A DNA stretch of 32,000 bases from Xylanibacter ruminicola 23 (GCF_000025925.1 NC_014033.1:270001-302000), one strand, 5' to 3'; numbered from the stretch's first letter, positions 1 to 9,040 are shown. Made by a program: numbers and translations. Notes: generated by a model from the letters alone, not told the origin.

Positions 1-1700
1 TACTCCTTGTCGCCTTTCTTGTTGCGCACACCTAAGAATTCCTCGGCATAGCTGGCCTTGGGTTTCTCGCACATAGCGTTCACGTTCAGGATGGTGTGAT
101 CGTTATCCTCCCAAACACCGTGCAGAATGCCATAGCGGCTCACTTCGGCCAGGGGGATAGGATGGATACTTACCATCAATCGGTTGTAGCGCTCGTAATC
201 CTCGATCATCTGCAAGGCACAAGGCTTATTTGAATCGCTGCGATACAGTGTATCACCCAGCAACAGCAATACGGGCTCGTTACCTGCAAACTGCGCTGCC
301 TGGTAAACAGCATGACCAAAGCCACGTTTTTCGCGCTGATATACGTAGTGCAGCTTCTTACCTATATCTAATATATGATTCTCGTACTCCTGGGCCTCGG
401 GGTTCAGCTTGCGCAGATGCTCATCGGGCAGGGGATGCTCGAAGAAGTCGGCATACTGCTGGCGCTCCTCCTCGGAACCTAATACCAGACAGATTTCCTC
501 GATACCACTCTGGATTAGCTCCTCGAGCAGAATGAGTATCACTGGGCGTACCATGCCATCGGGACATGGGATGGGGAAGAAATCCTTCTTGATAACACGC
601 GTGGCGGGGTAAAGACGTGTACCGAAACCTGCCACGGGCACGATAGCACGGCGCACGGTGTGTACGGGCTTGAGTGTGAGCGTGTAGGCTTTCATGCCAT
701 GCGCATTGAGATAATCGGCCACCTTTTGCTGCGACTCGGCATCGCGTGCCAGGAACTGTATCGAACCATCGCCATGCGAACCTACACCTTTACCACCCCA
801 AACCAAAGGCTGGATGTTGGGATCGTTCAACGTGGCGTGCAACTTGGGCGAGTGCAGGGCTTCGGACATAGGCGCAATCTTCTCGTCGAACATCGCCTCG
901 GCCTCGGTCATCAGTTTTCCTAAGCTCTCGGCATCGCCGGCAGCCATGTATTTGATGGCACGATCGACGATATCCAGGTTAAGCTGTCCCAGAGCTTCGT
1001 GCTCGGCACGTTCGGCATCGCTATTGGGGAAGGGGTAGGCCTTGTTCAGATCCGACAGAATCTTGATGGTATCCTTCTCGGCGCACAAATCAGCGAACAC
1101 CCAGTGAAGGGGTTTCTTGACGTTCAGCGAGCGTACCTCGATCTCGTCGCCATCAAAGGTCATCAGGTTAGGCTTTACACCAAATGCGCAGGCCTGGTCT
1201 AAGCGGCCGCAACGGCTACTGGTGCGCAACTCGCCTAAGTAGGCAATGTTCATCTCGCCTAACGTGTTGAGATTCAGATTATATAACTGATTAAAAGCGC
1301 GTGCCACCAGCACACAGATGGCGGCCGACGACGACAAGCCACTCTTCATGGGCAGCGTCATATCGGTGATGCGAATGCGCACACCGCCTACCTTATACCA
1401 CTCGAGCATGTACGATGCCACACCCGCACAGTAGCAGAAGAATGATCCACTTTTTGCAATACGCTTTAGTTCAGTCTCGTCCATGCGACAGCTGAAATCC
1501 TGCCACACATTTTTAATCTCATCGGCTGTGCTGTAAAGCTCAAAAATGCTCGACTTCTCTACTTCGGCGTAGATTCCCTGTTCGATACCCGTCACGATAG
1601 CTGCTCCAGGTTTAATGTCGGCATTCATTGTTCGGTAGTGTCCCGCCCAGTCGGTATGTTCACCAAACAGACACAGGCGTCCTGGTACGAATAGTTTCAT
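1..1700 (-). CDS. Bifunctional GHMP-family sugar kinase (N-terminal) / sugar-1-phosphate nucleotidyltransferase (C-terminal); 3' end lies outside the window
   Basis: Hand translation of the minus strand from the ATG at 1700 gives MKLFVPGRLCLFGEHTDWAGHY... It contains the GHMP ATP motif PMKSGLSSSAAICV. From about residue 350 there is a nucleotidyltransferase N-terminus, AIVPVAGFGTRLYPATRVIKKDFFPI...KRGFGHAV. The frame stays open to base 1. It is not in the supplied ORF track because no stop codon lies in the window. Confidence 0.8.
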   Translation of the reverse strand, partial: MKLFVPGRLCLFGEHTDWAGHYRTMNADIKPGAAIVTGIEQGIYAEVEKSSIFELYSTADEIKNVWQDFSCRMDETELKRIAKSGSFFCYCAGVASYMLEWYKVGGVRIRITDMTLPMKSGLSSSAAICVLVARAFNQLYNLNLNTLGEMNIAYLGELRTSSRCGRLDQACAFGVKPNLMTFDGDEIEVRSLNVKKPLHWVFADLCAEKDTIKILSDLNKAYPFPNSDAERAEHEALGQLNLDIVDRAIKYMAAGDAESLGKLMTEAEAMFDEKIAPMSEALHSPKLHATLNDPNIQPLVWGGKGVGSHGDGSIQFLARDAESQQKVADYLNAHGMKAYTLTLKPVHTVRRAIVPVAGFGTRLYPATRVIKKDFFPIPCPDGMVRPVILILLEELIQSGIEEICLVLGSEEERQQYADFFEHPLPDEHLRKLNPEAQEYENHILDIGKKLHYVYQREKRGFGHAVYQAAQFAGNEPVLLLLGDTLYRSDSNKPCALQMIEDYERYNRLMVSIHPIPLAEVSRYGILHGVWEDNDHTILNVNAMCEKPKASYAEEFLGVRNKKGDKE

Positions 1701-1732
1701 ATTTTTTCCTTTTTTAGGTTACTTAGATACTG

Positions 1733-1740
1733 CAAAAGTA
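1733..1740 (-). promoter_or_regulatory. -7 box candidate for the GHMP kinase fusion gene
   Basis: The minus strand reads TACTTTTG, 32 nt upstream of the ATG at 1700. No clear -33. Confidence 0.35.
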
Positions 1741-1779
1741 GTAAAAAAATGTCACAATGTTAAGTTTTTGACTATTTTT

Positions 1780-1811
1780 TTTGGTGTTTTGGATAAAAAT
1801 ATCTATTTTTG
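1780..1811 (+). promoter_or_regulatory. Bacteroidota-type promoter candidate for the sigma factor gene
   Basis: -33 TTTG (1780-1783), 20-nt spacer, -7 TATTTTTG (1804-1811). Confidence 0.4.
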
Positions 1812-1885
1812 CCGCAGATTATTAACAATTTAAATGATTATTGCCTATCGAAACAAACTCTACTCAATTTTAAATTTTTGAGCTT

Positions 1886-2482
1886 ATGAGTACATTTACA
1901 AGTATGACTGACCAGGAATTGGTTCAGGCTTACCTAGATGGTAATAACCATGCATTCGACGAGTTACTCTCACGCACCCAGGACAATATCTTCAGCTACA
2001 TTATACGTGTAGTGAAGGATGAGGAGTTGGCTAACGAATTGTTTCAGGAAACGTTCCTGAAGATTATCAGCAAGATACAGAACCACCAGTATACCGAGAC
2101 AGGTAAACTGCAGTGGTGGATGATTCGCGTGGCACATAACACGGTGATTGACTACTATCGCGACCTGAAGAAGAATTTTGTGGTAGATGCGCCTAAGGAG
2201 AACGATCTGAGTGCCGTGAAGGGCGAAGAGGTGATAGATGTGAATCGCGAAACCGAGCTTACCAACCAGCGCACGCTGAAGCAGTTGGTGCTGCTGATGA
2301 ATGCCCTGCCTGCACCACAGCGCGAGGTGGTGTATATGCGATACTTCCAGGATATGTCGTTCAAGGAGATAGCCGAGGAGTTGGGATGCAGCATCAATAC
2401 ATCGTTAGGACGTATGCGTTACGCCCTGATCAACATGCGCAAATACTCGCGCGAATACAATCTTAATCTCAGCTTAGAGTGA
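1886..2482 (+). CDS. RNA polymerase sigma-70 family (ECF-like) sigma factor
   Basis: 198-aa ORF with a region 2-like segment (WWMIRVAHNTVIDYYR) and a region 4 HTH (REVVYMRYFQDMSFKEIAEELGCSINTSLGRMRYAL). An AT-rich upstream region carries a promoter box. Confidence 0.85.
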   Translation: MSTFTSMTDQELVQAYLDGNNHAFDELLSRTQDNIFSYIIRVVKDEELANELFQETFLKIISKIQNHQYTETGKLQWWMIRVAHNTVIDYYRDLKKNFVVDAPKENDLSAVKGEEVIDVNRETELTNQRTLKQLVLLMNALPAPQREVVYMRYFQDMSFKEIAEELGCSINTSLGRMRYALINMRKYSREYNLNLSLE

Positions 2483-3121
2483 ACGGAGCGACTTGATGAT
2501 GCCCTCGGGATCGGCTGCGCCAAATACGTAGCTGCCACTTACCAGCACATCAACACCAGCTTCGACCAAGCGTGGGGCTGTCTGGCCCTGTACACCACCA
2601 TCAACCTCGATGAGTGCGTGGCTGCCTTTCTCGGTGATCAGCTGGCGCAGGCGCTTTACTTTATCGATGGTGTTCTCGATAAACTTCTGTCCGCCAAAGC
2701 CTGGGTTCACGCTCATCAGCAGTACCATATCCACATCGTTAATAATATCCTCTAACACGCTAATGGGCGTGGCGGGGTTCAGTGTTACACCGGCTTTCAT
2801 ACCAGCCTGGTGAATCTCCTGAATGGTGCGATGCAGGTGTACACAAGCCTCGTAGTGTACATTCATCATCATGGCACCCAACTTGGCTGTCTGTGCAATG
2901 TAACGCTCAGGGTGCTCTATCATATAATGTACATCGAGTGGCTTTTTGCAAGCTTTTGCTACTGCCTCGAGTACGGGGAAACCAAACGAGATGTTGGGTA
3001 CGAACGATCCGTCCATCACATCCAGATGAAGCCAATCGGCCTCACTGCGATTAATCATGTCGATGTCGCGGTCGAGATGCAGAAAATCTGCGGCAAGTAA
3101 TGATGGTGATACTAATGCCAT
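2474..3121 (-). CDS. rpe: Ribulose-phosphate 3-epimerase
   Basis: 215-aa ORF: SPSLLAADFLHLDRDI..., HLDVMDGSFVPNISFG, MSVNPGFGGQKF, EVDGGV. Confidence 0.95.
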   Translation of the reverse strand: MALVSPSLLAADFLHLDRDIDMINRSEADWLHLDVMDGSFVPNISFGFPVLEAVAKACKKPLDVHYMIEHPERYIAQTAKLGAMMMNVHYEACVHLHRTIQEIHQAGMKAGVTLNPATPISVLEDIINDVDMVLLMSVNPGFGGQKFIENTIDKVKRLRQLITEKGSHALIEVDGGVQGQTAPRLVEAGVDVLVSGSYVFGAADPEGIIKSLRSL

Positions 3122-3132
3122 AATTTTTTAAG

Positions 3133-3267
3133 TTAGTTCTGGTTCGACGTTTTGTTGCAGTTACTACGATAGGTGTATGCAACAAGACGAATGAGGTCGA
3201 GCGTTTGCTTGCGCGGCTTGTACGTCTTCTCGCTGAACATGTTGTCGTCTGGAGTAAAAATCTTCAT
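3133..3267 (-). CDS. Hypothetical small protein (44 aa), speculative
   Basis: Hand translation gives MKIFTPDDNMFSEKTYKPRKQTLDLIRLVAYTYRSNCNKTSNQN. Codon third positions resemble neighbouring genes. A TATATTTG box lies 34 nt upstream and the stop is 11 nt before the rpe ATG. It is below the ORF-track size cut-off and I recognise no homolog. Confidence 0.3.
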   Translation of the reverse strand: MKIFTPDDNMFSEKTYKPRKQTLDLIRLVAYTYRSNCNKTSNQN

Positions 3268-3306
3268 AGGCAATCTGTTTTTATTGTTCTACCTATTATA
3301 GTAACG

Positions 3307-3314
3307 CAAATATA
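3307..3314 (-). promoter_or_regulatory. -7 box candidate upstream of the small ORF and rpe
   Basis: The minus strand reads TATATTTG, just downstream of the fmt stop. Confidence 0.35.
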
Positions 3315-3316
3315 CC

Positions 3317-4294
3317 TTATTTTATTATATAATTATCGAAATTTTTAATGCCATTCAGGAAATCTTTGCCATTCATGCGCTTTTTTCCAGCCAACTGCAG
3401 CTCCTCGATCATCAGCAACTCGTCGGCTGCCTTGATGCAGGGCTTGCGGTCGATAATGGCGGTGTGACCGAGCTCGCCGGTGGTATTTCCGGTTTTGTTG
3501 GTCTTGAAAATCTTCAGCACCGTTTCCTTACCATCGGGCGATACCAGTGTGGTCCAGGCGCCGGGGTAGGGCGAAAGACCGCGGATAAAGTCGTAAACCT
3601 GCTTGGCTGGCTGGTTCCAGTTAATCTGGCAGGTCTCCTTGAATATCTTCGGTGCTGCGTGCAGCTCGCTACCTACGGGAATCATCTGCTCCTGAGGAAT
3701 GCTCTCGGGGTGTCCGTCGGCAGCGATAATTTTTTCGAGTGTCTCCAGACAGATCTCGGCACCCAGGTTCATCAGTCCGTCGTACACATACTCTACGTCG
3801 GCTGTGTCGGGGATAGCGAAGGGCTTCTGCATGATGATGCGACCGGTGTCGATATCGTGGTCGAGGAAGAAGGTGGTTACGCCTGTTTGTGTTTCGCCGT
3901 GAATCACCGCCCAGTTGATGGGGGCTGCACCGCGATACTGTGGTAGCAAAGCGGCATGTACGTTAAAGGTGCCGTAGGCGGGCATATCCCAAACCACCTC
4001 GGGCAGCATGCGGAATGCTACTACCACCTGCAGGTTGGCCTGATACGAGCGCAACTGCTCTACAAACTCGGGATCCTTCATCTTTACGGGTTGCAGTACG
4101 GGCAAGTTGTGATCAAGAGCATACTTCTTAACTTCCGATGGCTGCATCTCAGTCTGATGGCGACCAACGGGTTTGTCGGGCTGTGTTACTACAGCCACTA
4201 CATTATAATCGTTCTCAACCAGAGCCTGCAGTGTTGGCACCGCAAACTCGGGTGTTCCCATAAATACAATCCTTAAATCCTTCTTTTCCATCAT
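3317..4294 (-). CDS. fmt: Methionyl-tRNA formyltransferase
   Basis: 325-aa ORF: RIVFMGTPEFAVPTL, NVHAALLPQYRGAAPINWAVIHGE. Confidence 0.95.
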   Translation of the reverse strand: MMEKKDLRIVFMGTPEFAVPTLQALVENDYNVVAVVTQPDKPVGRHQTEMQPSEVKKYALDHNLPVLQPVKMKDPEFVEQLRSYQANLQVVVAFRMLPEVVWDMPAYGTFNVHAALLPQYRGAAPINWAVIHGETQTGVTTFFLDHDIDTGRIIMQKPFAIPDTADVEYVYDGLMNLGAEICLETLEKIIAADGHPESIPQEQMIPVGSELHAAPKIFKETCQINWNQPAKQVYDFIRGLSPYPGAWTTLVSPDGKETVLKIFKTNKTGNTTGELGHTAIIDRKPCIKAADELLMIEELQLAGKKRMNGKDFLNGIKNFDNYIIK

Positions 4295-4308
4295 TCTATA
4301 TATTTTTT

Positions 4309-4391
4309 GGCACGAATTTCGCGAATTTTCGCGAATTATTATCGTTTCGCACCAATATTATTATTTCGTGTTAATTCGTGTAATTCGTGCC
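4309..4391. repeat. Palindromic intergenic element, CACGAATT dialect
   Basis: GGCACGAATTTCGCGAATTTTCGCGAATT...TTCGTGTTAATTCGTGTAATTCGTGCC, with terminal inverted repeats GGCACGAATT/AATTCGTGCC and tandem (C/A)(G/C)CGAATT words. It fills the fmt-ClC gap. Confidence 0.9.
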
Positions 4392-4396
4392 TAATC

Positions 4397-6202
4397 TTAA
4401 TCTTCACTCATATCTGCAACCATTTTGCGATACATGGTGTAGATGCGCTGGCGCGAGATGTAACCCTTCAGACGGTTCTCGGCATCGAGCACGGGGAGCC
4501 AGTTGGCACCGGTGCGGTCGAAGGTGCGCATCACCTGTCGCATCTGCATGCCATCCGTGAGCAGTGCTTTGGGATCGGTCATCAGCTGCGACGCCTTGAA
4601 GTGGTGATAGAGTTCTATTCTGAATACTACGTTTCTGATTTTCATAATGTCGATCTCGCCCAGCAATTTGCCGCCTGCATCGAGCACGGGCAGTACTGTG
4701 GAGTGGCTGCGACTGATTTTGTGTACAATCTCGTTCAGCTCCATATCGGGTTCGACACCCAGATAGTCGCGCTCAATCACCGAGTCGAGATTCATCAGCG
4801 TCAGCACAGCGTGGTCGGTATGGTGGGTGAGCAGTTTTCCCTGCTTGGCCAGGCGCGAGCCATAGATGCTGTGAGGCTCGAAAATGCTGATGGTCATATA
4901 GGCCACCACGCTCACAATCATCAGCGGCATAAACATCGAGTAGCCGCCAGTCAGCTCGGCTATCAGGAAGATACCCGTAAGCGGCGCGTGCATCACACCC
5001 GACATCACACCTGCCATACCCAGCAACGCAAAGTTCTTCTCGGGCACATACACACCGATGGAGTTGATGTTCCAAAGTCGCGAAAAGAGGAAGCCGGTAA
5101 AACAGCCGATAAACAGCGATGGTGCGAATGTTCCACCGCAGCCGCCTCCGCCATTGGTGGCCGATGTGGCTACTACCTTGGTAAACAGTACCAGGGCGAT
5201 ATATACCAGCAACAGCGACCCTTGACCCGAGAACATCGAGTTGTTGAGTATGCGGTTCCAGTCGTCGGCATTCTGTCCGTTCAACAGCAGGTTAATGCTG
5301 CTGTAGCCCTCGCCATACAGCGCGGGGAACAGGAAGATAAGCAAACTAAGCGTGGTACCACCGATGGCCAGTTTTACGTATGGCTTATCCTTGAATTTCG
5401 AGAACACATCCTCGCAGGCGCCCATCATGCGGATAAAGTAAAGCGAAACCAGTCCGCAGGCAATGCCTAAGCCTATGCAGGCCGGTATGCGCTCCACGCT
5501 CCACTCGCTATCCAGATGGAAGGTAAAGAGCGATGAGTCGCCACTAAAGATATAGGTAAACACGGTGGCTGTTACGCACGATACCAGAATAGGTAGCAGG
5601 GCCGACATGGTCATATCAATCATCAGCACCTCGAGCGTAAACACCAGTCCGGCTATCGGGGCCTTAAAGATACCGGCGATAGCACCTGCAGCACCACAGC
5701 CCACCAGCGTCATCAGCATTTTTCGATCCAGATGGAACAGCTGACCCAGGTTTGAACCGATGGCCGAACCTGTAAGCACGATAGGTGCCTCGGCTCCTAC
5801 CGATCCACCAAAGCCGATGGTAATGGCTGAGGCTATCACACTCGACCAGCAGTTGTGCGATTTCAGTCGCGAACGGTTGGATGAGATGGCATAGAGAATG
5901 CGCGTGATACCGTGCGAGATGTTATCCTTTACGATATAGCGTACAAACAGCGACGTGAGATAGATACCCACAACGGGGTAAACCAGGTAGAGCCAGTTGG
6001 CGCGACTCTGGTTGAACGAGCTGGTGAGCAGCGTTACAATCTGGTTGATAATCCAGTGCAGCACAAAGGCAGCCACGGCGGCGAAAAAGCCCACAAGCAG
6101 GGCAAGGATAATCATAAACATCCTCTCGCTCACGTGCTCCACGCGCCAGTCGTGCAACCGCTTCAGCCACTCCGGTCTTCTATCTACAACTGTTGTCTCC
6201 AT
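4397..6202 (-). CDS. ClC-family chloride channel / H+-Cl- exchanger with C-terminal CBS pair
   Basis: ClC motifs GSVGAEAP, GIFKAPIAG and GTFAPSLF, multiple TM segments and a CBS-like C-terminus. Start trimmed to the ATG at 6202 (METTVVDRR). The ORF-track GTG at 6220 lies inside the repeat element. Confidence 0.9.
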   Translation of the reverse strand: METTVVDRRPEWLKRLHDWRVEHVSERMFMIILALLVGFFAAVAAFVLHWIINQIVTLLTSSFNQSRANWLYLVYPVVGIYLTSLFVRYIVKDNISHGITRILYAISSNRSRLKSHNCWSSVIASAITIGFGGSVGAEAPIVLTGSAIGSNLGQLFHLDRKMLMTLVGCGAAGAIAGIFKAPIAGLVFTLEVLMIDMTMSALLPILVSCVTATVFTYIFSGDSSLFTFHLDSEWSVERIPACIGLGIACGLVSLYFIRMMGACEDVFSKFKDKPYVKLAIGGTTLSLLIFLFPALYGEGYSSINLLLNGQNADDWNRILNNSMFSGQGSLLLVYIALVLFTKVVATSATNGGGGCGGTFAPSLFIGCFTGFLFSRLWNINSIGVYVPEKNFALLGMAGVMSGVMHAPLTGIFLIAELTGGYSMFMPLMIVSVVAYMTISIFEPHSIYGSRLAKQGKLLTHHTDHAVLTLMNLDSVIERDYLGVEPDMELNEIVHKISRSHSTVLPVLDAGGKLLGEIDIMKIRNVVFRIELYHHFKASQLMTDPKALLTDGMQMRQVMRTFDRTGANWLPVLDAENRLKGYISRQRIYTMYRKMVADMSED

Positions 6203-6215
6203 CTTTTTGTTTTTT

Positions 6216-6306
6216 GGCACGGATTAACACGGCTCTCTTTTAGAGAAACGCTGCTTTTTGCGCAGCCAGCCGTGTCTTTTTATAAAAAATCCGTGTAATC
6301 CGTGCC
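6216..6306 (+). repeat. 91-nt nested-palindrome intergenic element (copy R2)
   Basis: GGCACGGATTAACACGGCTCTCTTTTAGAGAAACGCTGCTTTTTGCGCAGCCAGCCGTGTCTTTT..ATCCGTGTAATCCGTGCC. The first 65 nt are identical to copy 6913-7003. Confidence 0.95.
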
Positions 6307-6312
6307 TAATTA

Positions 6313-6897
6313 TTATTTTCGTATTACTGTAACTTCGCCGTTTTCTTTCAGTTTGATAATGCTCGAGGGGGTGTGGGGCTTGTGCTCCTGGCGACGGCTC
6401 CAGCACACGTAGTCCACGGCTTCGAGTATGCGTGGGTCGATGTCGCAGTAGTTCTGTGCGGCAGGCTCGCCACTGATGTTGGCCGATGTTGATACGATGG
6501 CCTTCTGGAAACGGAAGCAGAGCTCCTTCGAGAAAGGCTCGTTGGTGATACGGATACCTAAGCTGCCATCCTCGGCAATCAGGTTGGGTGCCAGGTTGAT
6601 AGCGCCATCCAGAATCAGTGTGGTTGGCTTGGCATCGGTAGCCTCTTTCAAGCTGTCGATCAGCTGCCAGGCCACATCTGGCACATTGCGGAAGTAGCGC
6701 TGCATGCGGGCATCGCTATCCACCAAGCAAATCAGCGCCTTCGAATCCTCGCGCTGCTTAATCTCGTAAACACGCTTCACGGCCTCGGCATTAGTGGCAT
6801 CGCAACCAATACCCCAAACGGTGTCGGTAGGGTAGAGGATTACACCGCCCTTACGCATCGTCTCAATTGCCTGTTTAATATCGTCTTCTTGTTTCAT
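6313..6897 (-). CDS. tsaC: L-threonylcarbamoyladenylate synthase (TsaC/YrdC/Sua5 family)
   Basis: ILYPTDTVWGIGCDA, IKQRE, VSTSANISGEP. Start trimmed to the ATG at 6897 (MKQEDD). The longer ORF-track start lies in the repeat. Confidence 0.8.
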   Translation of the reverse strand: MKQEDDIKQAIETMRKGGVILYPTDTVWGIGCDATNAEAVKRVYEIKQREDSKALICLVDSDARMQRYFRNVPDVAWQLIDSLKEATDAKPTTLILDGAINLAPNLIAEDGSLGIRITNEPFSKELCFRFQKAIVSTSANISGEPAAQNYCDIDPRILEAVDYVCWSRRQEHKPHTPSSIIKLKENGEVTVIRK

Positions 6898-6912
6898 ACG
6901 CTTTTTTCTTTT

Positions 6913-7003
6913 GGCACGGATTAACACGGCTCTCTTTTAGAGAAACGCTGCTTTTTGCGCAGCCAGCCGTGTCTTTTATTAAAAAGCCGTGTTAATCCGT
7001 GCC
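6913..7003 (+). repeat. 91-nt nested-palindrome intergenic element (copy R3, best-formed)
   Basis: Perfect 19-nt terminal inverted repeats GGCACGGATTAACACGGCT / AGCCGTGTTAATCCGTGCC, and a central hairpin GCTGC-TTTTTGC-GCAGC. Confidence 0.95.
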
Positions 7004-7009
7004 TATCAT

Positions 7010-8599
7010 TTAGAATTCTGATGTAAAGTGGAACTTGATGTTTTCGAAGTCCTGCTGGGCCATGCTCAGCACGTAGCCGCTATCGGCCAGGAACACGTCG
7101 CGGCCGTCCTTATCCTTAGCCATGTACTGGTACTTACGCTTCTTAAAGTTCTCCAACTCCTGTGGATCGTCGCTCTCAATCCAGCAGGCCTTATACAGAT
7201 GTACGGGCTCCCAACGGCACTTGGCGTTGTACTCGTTCTCCAGACGATACTGGATAACTTCGAACTGCAGCTGTCCTACGGTTCCGATAATTTTTCTATT
7301 ATTAAACTGGTTTACGAACAACTGTGCCACACCCTCGTCCATCAGCTGGTCGATACCCTTCTGCAGCTGCTTGGCCTTCATGGGGTCGTCGTTCTCGATA
7401 TACTTAAACAACTCGGGCGAGAACGATGGCAGTCCGCGGAAGTGCAGTTTCTCGCCCTCGGTCAGTGTGTCGCCAATCTTAAACATACCGCCTGTATCGG
7501 GCAGACCTACGATATCGCCTGGCCAAGCCTCGTCGATGGTGCTCTTACGCTGCGCCATAAACTGTGTGGGGCTTGAGAAACGCATCGTTTTACCCTGGCG
7601 CACGTGCAGGTAAGGCTGGTTGCGCTGGAACTTACCAGAGCATACCTTACAGAATGCGATACACGAGCGGTGGTTGGGGTCGATATTAGCGGTAATCTTA
7701 AAGATAAATCCTGTAAACTTGGGCTCCTCGGGCTGTACATCGCGCTCCTCGGCCTTGGTGGGGCGGGGCGATGGTGCAATCTCAACAAAGCAGTTAAGCA
7801 GCTCCTGCACACCAAAGTTGTTCAGGGCCGATCCGAAGAATACGGGGGCCACTTCGGCCTCGCGATAGGTCTCTACATCGAACTCGGGGTAAACACCATC
7901 CACCAGCTCCAGGTCCTCGCGCAGCTTGGCGGCGTTCTCCTCGCCTACACGCTGGTCGAGCTCCTCGCTGTCGATGTCAACCTCTACCTTATCTGTTACA
8001 CGCTGCTTGTCGGGAGTAAACAGGTCGAGCTTCTGTTCGTAGATATTGTAAACGCCCTTGAACTTGGCACCCTGATTGATAGGCCAAGACAGTGGGCGAA
8101 CCTTGATTTCGAGTTCCTGCTCCAGTTCGTCGAGCAAGTCGAAGGGATCGCGACCTTCGCGGTCCATCTTATTGATAAAGATGATAACGGGTGTTTTGCG
8201 CATGCGGCACACCGTCATCAGTTTGCGGGTCTGAGTCTCAACACCTTTGGCACCATCCACTACGATAATGGCTGAATCTACAGCGGTGAGTGTGCGGAAG
8301 GTATCCTCAGCAAAGTCCTGGTGACCTGGGGTGTCCAGAATGTTCACCTTGTATTCGATGTCCTTGCCATCGGGGGTGTAATCGAACTCCATCACAGAGG
8401 TCGATACAGAGATACCACGCTGCTTCTCGATATCCATCCAGTCGCTGGTGGCAGTTTTCTTAATCTTGTTGCTTTTTACAGCTCCAGCCACCTGTATCTG
8501 TCCACCGAACAGCAGAAACTTCTCTGTCAGTGTAGTCTTACCCGCGTCCGGGTGCGAAATGATGGCAAATGTACGTCTTCTTTCTATTTCCTGATTCAT
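7010..8599 (-). CDS. prfC: Peptide chain release factor 3 (GTPase)
   Basis: 529 aa: [32 protein letters not shown]. Confidence 0.95.
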   Translation of the reverse strand: MNQEIERRRTFAIISHPDAGKTTLTEKFLLFGGQIQVAGAVKSNKIKKTATSDWMDIEKQRGISVSTSVMEFDYTPDGKDIEYKVNILDTPGHQDFAEDTFRTLTAVDSAIIVVDGAKGVETQTRKLMTVCRMRKTPVIIFINKMDREGRDPFDLLDELEQELEIKVRPLSWPINQGAKFKGVYNIYEQKLDLFTPDKQRVTDKVEVDIDSEELDQRVGEENAAKLREDLELVDGVYPEFDVETYREAEVAPVFFGSALNNFGVQELLNCFVEIAPSPRPTKAEERDVQPEEPKFTGFIFKITANIDPNHRSCIAFCKVCSGKFQRNQPYLHVRQGKTMRFSSPTQFMAQRKSTIDEAWPGDIVGLPDTGGMFKIGDTLTEGEKLHFRGLPSFSPELFKYIENDDPMKAKQLQKGIDQLMDEGVAQLFVNQFNNRKIIGTVGQLQFEVIQYRLENEYNAKCRWEPVHLYKACWIESDDPQELENFKKRKYQYMAKDKDGRDVFLADSGYVLSMAQQDFENIKFHFTSEF

Positions 8600-8614
8600 A
8601 TATTCTTTTTTTTA

Positions 8615-8653
8615 GGCACGGATTAACACGGCTCTTTTTAAAAGAGACGCGGC
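8615..8653 (+). repeat. Left half of split element (copy R4)
   Basis: GGCACGGATTAACACGGCTCTTTTTAAAAGAGACGCGGC, ending directly at the stop codon of the GxxExxY ORF (8654). Confidence 0.9.
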
Positions 8654-9040
8654 TTATTCTTCGTCCGTTTGCCCTTCTTTTGTTAATATCTTACGTCTAA
8701 CTTTCACTGAGCGACCAAAATTGATCAATAGTCCCAACTCCATATGGGTGGCTGCCAAGTAGTTTATTAGCTGCCATTCATGCTCTGGTCGTAAATCAGT
8801 TACAGCCTTTAATTCTATAATAATCTTATCTTCAACTACCATGTCGGCAACATAGTGCCCAACTTTATCGCCTTTATAGTAAACATCTAATGGTTTTTGA
8901 CATTCACACTTCAGGCCCATTCTACTAAGCTCTTTATACAAAGCGTTACCATACACGGCCTCGAGGAAACCAAATTTTAACTCATCATGTACAAGATGAG
9001 CTGCATGTACAATTTTCTTTGATAAATCTTCGTATAACAT
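8654..9040 (-). CDS. GxxExxY protein (PD-(D/E)XK nuclease-like superfamily)
   Basis: 128 aa with the signature GFLEAVY plus DMVVEDKIIIELK (D...ExK-like). My hand count is 145 G+C in 387 nt (about 37%), against roughly 50-65% in sampled flanking stretches. The ORF is bounded at both ends by the arms of a split repeat element. Confidence 0.9.
   Translation of the reverse strand: MLYEDLSKKIVHAAHLVHDELKFGFLEAVYGNALYKELSRMGLKCECQKPLDVYYKGDKVGHYVADMVVEDKIIIELKAVTDLRPEHEWQLINYLAATHMELGLLINFGRSVKVRRKILTKEGQTDEE

Noticed and set aside
4307-5470. Long ORFs on the strand opposite the called genes: 4307-5470 (387 aa), 15369-16604 (411 aa), 30187-31362 (391 aa), 9177-10109 (310 aa), 7604-8275 and many shorter ones
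   Set aside because: Each lies wholly antisense to a gene with clear family motifs. Their translations are low-complexity (H/R/Q/G/V-rich) with no recognisable motifs. Such shadow ORFs are expected opposite genes with G/C-rich third positions. 4307-5470 even starts inside a repeat element.
6203-6220. N-terminal extensions in the ORF track (ClC 6220, tsaC 6927, LysE 11318, RapZ-like 12514, pth 18431, yhhQ 20417, HD 24282, pepT 31434)
   Set aside because: The extensions begin at GTG/TTG or upstream ATG codons located inside repeat elements, promoter boxes or the riboswitch. Downstream ATGs give N-termini typical of each family, preceded by the usual A-rich context.
6216-6306. Repeat elements as promoters or as canonical intrinsic terminators
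   Set aside because: No TAnnTTTG or TTTG/-7 combination appears in either orientation of any copy. In the direction of transcription the hairpin is followed by an A-tract, and the T-tract lies on the wrong side, so the classic hairpin-plus-U-tract terminator form is absent.
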